NCBI GenBank assembly: GCA_048498835.1
Contig: JBEHXF010000054.1
Coordinates: forward strand, 1-11,867
Length of the DNA stretch: 11,867 nt
Source: Chlamydiota bacterium
Lineage (GTDB): Bacteria > Chlamydiota > Chlamydiia > Chlamydiales > SM23-39
Direction of reading: 5' to 3'
Shown here: piece by piece, positions 6,849 through 11,867 of the stretch
Layout of the letters: each line of letters begins with the position of its first letter
Numbering within the stretch: position 1 is the stretch's first letter
Notes under the pieces: generated by a model
Database searches by the model: none
What the model was told of the DNA's origin: nothing
The model's input: the letters and a program-made list of their open reading frames with translations, nothing else
Made by a program: the position numbers and the translations under genes

Positions 6849-6863
6849 ACCTCTTAAAGAGGT
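6849..6863. promoter_or_regulatory. 15-bp palindrome overlapping the SD of the 188-aa gene
   Basis: ACCTCTT-A-AAGAGGT; function is inferred only. Confidence 0.35.
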
Positions 6864-6899
6864 TAGAGGCGAAAAGAATCTTCTTCTCTTTCTTTTATT

Positions 6900-7556
6900 T
6901 CAAGAGTGAAGTTGGCCTTGCGAGAGATGGTACTCACGATCGCAACGGGAAGAGAGATCGGCGTCATGAGTAACGAGAATGAGCGCTTTATTTTCTGTTT
7001 TGACGAGATTGAAGAGGATCTCGCTAATCGCGTCCGCATTCGCTTTGTCGAGATTGCCAGAGGGCTCGTCGGCAAAGATAATGGCAGGGTTGTTGCAGAG
7101 GGCTCGAGCAATGGCAACCCGTTGCCGCTCGCCGCCAGAGAGGAGTTTAGCTGGGAAATGAGCGCGGTCTTCGAGCCCCACTTTCCGAAGGAGCGAAAGG
7201 CCGTGCTCGGCAGTTGGGTTTTTACGGGCGATACGGACCGGCATGAGGACATTATCGAGCGCGGAAAAGTCTTCGAGGAGATTAAAGGCTTGAAAAACGA
7301 AGCCGATGTGTTGATTGCGGAGAGCTGCGTCTTGAAGGGAACCGGTTTTGCCCGCGATGAGGAGCTCGCCTTGGTCAAAGGGTTCGAGAGTACCGAGGAT
7401 GTGGAGCAGGGTTGTTTTCCCTTCGCCTGAGCGGCCTGTGATTGCGATTGACTGACCGGGGAATACTTCGAGAGAGACGCCGGTGAGAATCGAGACCGTT
7501 TGGGGTGAGCGGAAAGTTTTGTACAGATCGCGAGCAATGAGAATGGGCTGTTTCAT
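6900..7556 (-). CDS. lolD: Lipoprotein-releasing ABC transporter ATP-binding protein
   Basis: Walker A GRSGEGKTT, IGFVFQAFNLL, LSGGERQRVAIARAL, ADEPSGNLD, VTHD; ATGA overlap with the upstream permease. Confidence 0.9.
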   Translation of the reverse strand: MKQPILIARDLYKTFRSPQTVSILTGVSLEVFPGQSIAITGRSGEGKTTLLHILGTLEPFDQGELLIAGKTGSLQDAALRNQHIGFVFQAFNLLEDFSALDNVLMPVRIARKNPTAEHGLSLLRKVGLEDRAHFPAKLLSGGERQRVAIARALCNNPAIIFADEPSGNLDKANADAISEILFNLVKTENKALILVTHDADLSSRCDREYHLSQGQLHS

Positions 7557-9040
7557 TCAGACCTCAACACTTGTGAAGGGCGAATGCGGCTCGCTTTGAT
7601 CGCAGGAATGAGGCCGGCGAGAAGGGAGAGGAGAGGAGTCGCAACCAGAACGAAGAGAAGTGCATCGCCGCTGAGCTCGTTAGGGAGGTGTTGGCCGAAA
7701 AACGCGGGGTTAAAAGCAGCTCGGCCTTGAATGGCTGAGAGGAATGCGACAAGTGAGTCGATGTTGTGAAGGGTCAGAAGAGCGAGTCCACCGCCGATGA
7801 GGCAGGCGATCAGTCCCATCACAACGCCGCAAAAAGCGAAAATCGAGGCGATGCTGCGGAACGAAGCGCCCATCGATTGAAGGATTGCGATTTCCCGTTT
7901 TTTGTCATTCACGAGAAGGATGAGGAGAGAAATGATATTGCAGCAAGCGACGAGGAGAATGATCCCTCCGACGAGTGTAAAAAGAGTGCGGTCGCTCCGA
8001 AATTGGTGGAGGAGATCTTTTGAAAATTCAAAGTCTTCGTAAGTATCGACTTTCCAGTATTTTCCGATGCCCGCTTCGTGAAGGCGATAAGCGATTTCTT
8101 GACGGAGTCCTTCCACCGACTCTCCCTCTTTCGGCCAGACGAAAAAGCCGTTGGTCGGAGTTCCATCTGGGGAGGTCGTTTGTGCTGAGGCATAAATCGT
8201 GCGAGTGATGTCAGAAGGGACGATGAGGCATCGATTTCCGAGCGAGACAATACCTGGATCGTAAAAGCCCGCTACGCGAATCGGAATGCGCTGTTCTTGC
8301 GTTGTTGCGGAGCCGGGCGCGGAATAGGATAAATAGCCTCGATCGCCCAGAAGAACGCGATTATCACGATAACTCTTCGGCAGGAGCACGGGCGTTTCTG
8401 GTCCGGAAGGCAATACAATCCGCTGATCGATCACAGAGGCTGCATAGGTTTTCTGATCGGCTTCAGAAGGAGGTAAAAGAAGGTCGGCCAAACGGGGATT
8501 TTCTTCTGAAAGGGAGAGGAGATAACTCATTTGAGTGAGATAAGAGACACGACCTTCTCTGTCGAGTTCGAGTTTGAGCAGCGCCCCGCCAATCTCATAA
8601 TCTTGAAAGCGCAGGCCGGGATGTTCTGACTGGATCTTTTGTAGTTCATGTACGGCTTGTTTAACCGGATCGACCAATTCAGGTTTTGGCCAATAAAAAG
8701 GAATTTCTACATCACTTTCAGCAGAATAAGGATCAGATGCGTGACTCGCGGCCTTTTCGCCAATCGTTTTGAGAGTGAAGTTGGAGGCGGAGGCAAGGCT
8801 ATCGATTTGGTAGTAGTAAGAGCGGTAGTAGTCTTCTGTTGGTGAGATGCGAACAGGAGCGTGAAGGGTTGTGAGTTTGCCGAGCCAATTCTTTTCGATG
8901 CCTGCCGTGACGGAAAGAAAAATGAGGACGAGCCAAACGACAAGAGAGATGACGGCGACTGAAAGTAAGGAAATCAGCGCCGTCGACAGCGATCTTTTTT
9001 TGGGAACTAAATATTTGAGAGCTACTTGCAGCTCAAACAA
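7553..9040 (-). CDS. Lipoprotein-releasing ABC transporter permease (LolC/E, MacB/FtsX-type)
   Basis: N-terminal TM after ALKYL, large periplasmic loop, LVAxxNIIS...KKREIAILQSMGAS, C-terminal PAIKASRIRPSQVLRSE; TTG start 1 nt after the rpmG stop; adjacent to lolD. Confidence 0.9.
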   Translation of the reverse strand: MFELQVALKYLVPKKRSLSTALISLLSVAVISLVVWLVLIFLSVTAGIEKNWLGKLTTLHAPVRISPTEDYYRSYYYQIDSLASASNFTLKTIGEKAASHASDPYSAESDVEIPFYWPKPELVDPVKQAVHELQKIQSEHPGLRFQDYEIGGALLKLELDREGRVSYLTQMSYLLSLSEENPRLADLLLPPSEADQKTYAASVIDQRIVLPSGPETPVLLPKSYRDNRVLLGDRGYLSYSAPGSATTQEQRIPIRVAGFYDPGIVSLGNRCLIVPSDITRTIYASAQTTSPDGTPTNGFFVWPKEGESVEGLRQEIAYRLHEAGIGKYWKVDTYEDFEFSKDLLHQFRSDRTLFTLVGGIILLVACCNIISLLILLVNDKKREIAILQSMGASFRSIASIFAFCGVVMGLIACLIGGGLALLTLHNIDSLVAFLSAIQGRAAFNPAFFGQHLPNELSGDALLFVLVATPLLSLLAGLIPAIKASRIRPSQVLRSE

Positions 9041-9041
9041 G

Positions 9042-9200
9042 TTATTTCGCTTCTTTAAAAGTGACGTGTTTACGGAGCTTTTTGTCGAACTTTTTCAGCT
9101 CGATTCGCTCTGTGGTGTTTCTTTTATTTTTCATGGTCCAGTAGCACTCGTCGGATTCGGTGCTCTTCAACTTGATGATTTCTCGTGCGCCTTTTGCCAT
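9042..9200 (-). CDS. rpmG: 50S ribosomal protein L33 (not in the ORF track)
   Basis: Manual translation: [52 protein letters not shown] (52 aa); AGGAG SD 6 nt upstream. Confidence 0.97.
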   Translation of the reverse strand: MAKGAREIIKLKSTESDECYWTMKNKRNTTERIELKKFDKKLRKHVTFKEAK

Positions 9201-9224
9201 AATAAACTCCTAAATGTGAGGGGA

Positions 9225-9253
9225 ATTTTAACTGAAGTGGGGGTTTCACGCAA
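9225..9253 (-). promoter_or_regulatory. Sigma70/sigma66-type promoter for rpmG-lolC/E-lolD
   Basis: Minus strand TTGCGT - 17 nt - TAAAAT, followed by C-rich TCCCCTC; the -35 box lies in the last codons of tsaD. Confidence 0.6.
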
Positions 9254-10253
9254 TGGGAATGCGCGTCTGTGCTTCCAGATCGAGTGGGTCAGAATGGGGG
9301 TTTTTAAGAAATTTTTGAGCGCCGAGTCCTGCAATCATCGCTCCATTATCCAGTGTCAGGTCGGGGGAAGGAAAGTAAACTGGAATCGATGGAAACTCTT
9401 CTTGAAACAGCGCTCTGAGCCGTTTGTTGTTGCATACGCCGCCGCCCAAATAAATAGCCTGACAAGGAAATTGTTGAGCGGCGAGCTGCGCCTTATGAAG
9501 TACATCGCGAAGGGCGGTCTCTTGGAAAGAAGCCGCGAGATTGGCCTTCTCCTCGGGCGTAAAGAGGCGGGGCGTCTGGCTATTTTGCCCTTTCATTGTA
9601 TAGAGGACGCTCGTCTTCAATCCAGAAAAGGAGAAGTCAAGGGGTCGTCCTTTCACTCGTCCAGCAGTGAGGGGGAAGCGTGCAATTCCATCTCTAGCCA
9701 AGGCTTCTACATGGGGGCCGCCCGGGTAAGGTAGGCCAAGGAGGACCGCCACTTTATCAAAGGCCTCTCCGATCGCGTCGTCGACCGTCGTGCCGATTGG
9801 GCTATATTCGCCGACCCCATTGATCTGCACCATTAAGGTGTGACCGCCCGAAAGGACCAGGCCGAGGGCTGGAAACTGAAGGGGGGCCTCCATCATCGCC
9901 GCATACAGGTGCGCTTCCGTGTGGCTGACCCCGATCAGCGGTTTATTCCATGCCAAGCTGAGCCCTTTGGCAAATTGCATCCCGACCAGCAGGGGGCCGA
10001 TGAGACCAGGGCCCTTGGCAACCGCGATCAGGTCGATCTCGTTAGGTTGAATGCCAGCCACCTCAATCGCTTCCCGTACGACAGCCACAATCGATTCCGT
10101 ATGGCGCCTAGAAGAGTACTCTGGAAAGACGCCGCCGAATTTCGCGTGGAGATCGGCTGAGGAGGCGATGATATTGGATAAGATGATTCGCCCATCTTTT
10201 ACGATTGAGGCGGCTGTTTCATCGCAAGTCGTTTCGATCCCAAGAGAAATCAT
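9246..10253 (-). CDS. tsaD: tRNA N6-threonylcarbamoyladenosine transferase TsaD
   Basis: LGIETTCDETA, FGGVFPE, GPGLIGPL, HTEAH metal motif, LSGGHT, DDAIGEAFDKVA, FSFSGLKT, DNGAMIA; ATG 10253 overlaps the upstream TGA (ATGA). Confidence 0.97.
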   Translation of the reverse strand: MISLGIETTCDETAASIVKDGRIILSNIIASSADLHAKFGGVFPEYSSRRHTESIVAVVREAIEVAGIQPNEIDLIAVAKGPGLIGPLLVGMQFAKGLSLAWNKPLIGVSHTEAHLYAAMMEAPLQFPALGLVLSGGHTLMVQINGVGEYSPIGTTVDDAIGEAFDKVAVLLGLPYPGGPHVEALARDGIARFPLTAGRVKGRPLDFSFSGLKTSVLYTMKGQNSQTPRLFTPEEKANLAASFQETALRDVLHKAQLAAQQFPCQAIYLGGGVCNNKRLRALFQEEFPSIPVYFPSPDLTLDNGAMIAGLGAQKFLKNPHSDPLDLEAQTRIPIA

Positions 10254-10651
10254 TTGCCCACCCATCGCAACGCTGCGTTTTTCAACCGAGTTACTCGGCC
10301 TATGGGAGGAGGAGAAGAGGGGAGAGAGGCCGGGGAAGGAAGGGGTTGAACAACTACGGGCTGGGGAACGGGAACTTCCACAACTTCAGGCTGCTTTTCC
10401 TGCCAGAAATCCAGAGTCCAGTTGACAGTGGCAATTGCCCCATTGAACAAGATGGCGAGCCCATTGATAACGACAGCTTCAAAAGCGGCGATCAGCAGAA
10501 AGGGAACGATGGCATAGATCGACACTTTGGCCGCTAAGGCTGCTACGTCAAATGAACCATCTTCGGTCCAAAGGTCGCCCTTGGCCGCTTCTACAACGCC
10601 CATGGTGTAGTTCATGTTGATTTCTATCAGATCAAATCTTGTCGTAGTCAT
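10250..10651 (-). CDS. Hypothetical membrane protein with a Pro/Val-rich C-terminal tail
   Basis: 133-aa ORF filling the gap on the coding strand; stop coupled to the tsaD start; long central hydrophobic segment. Start uncertain (no SD; in-frame ATGs at 10615 and 10603). Confidence 0.72.
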   Translation of the reverse strand: MTTTRFDLIEINMNYTMGVVEAAKGDLWTEDGSFDVAALAAKVSIYAIVPFLLIAAFEAVVINGLAILFNGAIATVNWTLDFWQEKQPEVVEVPVPQPVVVQPLPSPASLPSSPPPIGRVTRLKNAALRWVGK

Positions 10652-10724
10652 AGGAGAGAAATTTTAAGTTCTCTCGGAATTTAGGAGAACCTTAAATTTT
10701 ACTTTAAAGAGACTAGAGATTTTT

Positions 10725-10815
10725 TATCGTTACATCGTTATATCTTTATATCGTTTTTTAGTTCGATTCTAAGCAGATCTGTATGGTCAAAGTAAAAAAC
10801 AACGATATAACGATG
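10725..10815. repeat. Octamer tandem array with inverted copies (long stem-loop)
   Basis: TATCGTTA CATCGTTA TATCTTTA TATCGTTT (10725-10756); the reverse complement of 10800-10815 is CATCGTTA TATCGTTG. Confidence 0.85.
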
Positions 10816-10823
10816 AGAGGGGA

Positions 10824-11567
10824 TTATTTTAGGAGGTGGGCGGCAGCGTGGTCTAGGATCCAGAGCGCCTTTTTCTCCGGAGTGCCGATGGCGCTAGCGG
10901 GGAAAGGGGATTGGATGGCGGCATTGAGAACGAGAGGAATGATTGCCTGTTTGGAGGCGCCGAGGGCGTAGATAGCTGTGTGGGCGCTTTGATTGATGCA
11001 AGGGAATGTGAGAGTGAGGCGATTTCCTTTTTGAGGGACTGGATTCGCTGCGACCCATCGATTTTGTTCCTGGATGGCCGGGGTGTGGGGAAAGAGCGAG
11101 GCGGTATGCCCATCTTCGCCGATGCCGAGCATGACGAGATCGAAAAGCGCAGGGCTGAGGAGGCGGCGAATGAGGTCTTCGTAATCGCTCGCTGCGCGAT
11201 GAAGGTCCGTTTCTCCCTTCATTCGATGAATTTGCGAAAAGGGAATAGGGAGGGTTTTGAGTCCACTTTCCATTGCCATCCGATAATTGCTGTCGGGATG
11301 ATCGGGACCGACGCCTCTCTCGTCACTCCAAAAAAGATGAACCTTTGACCAGTCGATGGCCGATTTATAGTCTGAAGCGAGCCGTTGATAGATGGCTTTT
11401 GGGGTCGAGCCGCCTGAGAGGGCGACAGCAAAAAGTCCTCGCTGTTGAATGGCCCGTTTTGCGGAATGAATCCAATGTTCGGCGGCAAATGAAATGGTTT
11501 CTTCTTCGCGTCCGGGTATGATGTAATCGCGCCGACTATCCCAAGATTGAATGGTGCCTTCTAACAT
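10824..11567 (-). CDS. pgl: 6-phosphogluconolactonase (DevB type)
   Basis: VALSGGSTP, FWSDERGV, SNY, FDLVMLGIGEDGHTASLFP, RLTLT. Start placed at ATG 11567, overlapping the upstream stop by 7 nt. Confidence 0.95.
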   Translation of the reverse strand: MLEGTIQSWDSRRDYIIPGREEETISFAAEHWIHSAKRAIQQRGLFAVALSGGSTPKAIYQRLASDYKSAIDWSKVHLFWSDERGVGPDHPDSNYRMAMESGLKTLPIPFSQIHRMKGETDLHRAASDYEDLIRRLLSPALFDLVMLGIGEDGHTASLFPHTPAIQEQNRWVAANPVPQKGNRLTLTFPCINQSAHTAIYALGASKQAIIPLVLNAAIQSPFPASAIGTPEKKALWILDHAAAHLLK

Positions 11568-11867
11568 AGTTGTTCTTTGTCCAATACAAGCAGCTGTTTG
11601 AGCATTTCGAGATAGTGGCTGCTGGTTCCTTTCATACAAATTTCCTTGACGAGCGACTGTCCGGTCGCTGTCTGCCCTAAAAGAAACTGATACGGTAAAT
11701 CACATTTTTCTGGCGATGAGATTTGGATGTTCACCGAATGATATTCGGTTGGAATGCGCGAGCAGTCGAAATGAGTCCCGTCTTTTGTCGTCAGTTGAAT
11801 CGAAATAATCGATCCCGGGCCTAATTTTTCCCAAATGGTCGACTCAATCGAGGCGGATAGATTGGAG
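11561..11867 (-). CDS. 3' end of a gene running off the window; probable OpcA-like glucose-6-phosphate dehydrogenase assembly protein
   Basis: Manual translation gives 101 open codons ending ...SSPEKCDLPYQFLLGQTATGQSLVKEICMKGTSSHYLEMLKQLLVLDKEQLC*. It does not resemble a Zwf C-terminus; the position fits the known zwf-opcA-pgl order. The product call rests mainly on context. Confidence 0.6.
   Translation of the reverse strand, partial: SNLSASIESTIWEKLGPGSIISIQLTTKDGTHFDCSRIPTEYHSVNIQISSPEKCDLPYQFLLGQTATGQSLVKEICMKGTSSHYLEMLKQLLVLDKEQLC

Noticed and set aside
6863..7537. 224-aa alternative-frame ORF over lolD (and the 174-aa antisense ORF at 6906-7430)
   Set aside because: Ser-rich off-frame read of a conserved ABC ATPase; no independent coding signal.
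8871..9734. 287-aa plus-strand ORF
   Set aside because: Antisense to lolC/E, rpmG and tsaD, all strongly supported; no motifs.
10783..10971. 62-aa plus-strand ORF starting in the octamer stem-loop
   Set aside because: Mostly antisense to pgl, with no SD or recognisable features.
11568..11639. N-terminal extension of Pgl in the ORF track
   Set aside because: Falls inside the upstream OpcA-like reading frame; ATG 11567 gives a normal-length protein with stop/start coupling.

Overview
Bacterial chromosomal window in which every credible gene lies on the minus strand. Gene content and order (rpmG-lolC/E-lolD, opcA-like-pgl, Inc-like orphans) suggest an environmental Chlamydiota genome; this is an inference, not a database result. 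In transcription order (right to left): 3' end of an OpcA-like gene, pgl, a 133-aa orphan membrane protein, tsaD, rpmG (52 aa, missed by the ORF track), lolC/E, lolD, a 188-aa Inc-like orphan, then a tightly packed run ugd - phosphoglycosyl transferase - galE - mreD-like - suhB - folD - HAD phosphatase. No RNA gene, CRISPR array or transposase is evident, and no complete new multi-gene system can be claimed. The best leads are (i) a dispersed REP-like hairpin family showing a compensatory base-pair change, with short-period tandem repeats in all three large intergenic gaps, (ii) a three-gene glycan-priming module coupled to an isolated mreD-like gene, and (iii) two orphan membrane proteins that may be secreted inclusion proteins.
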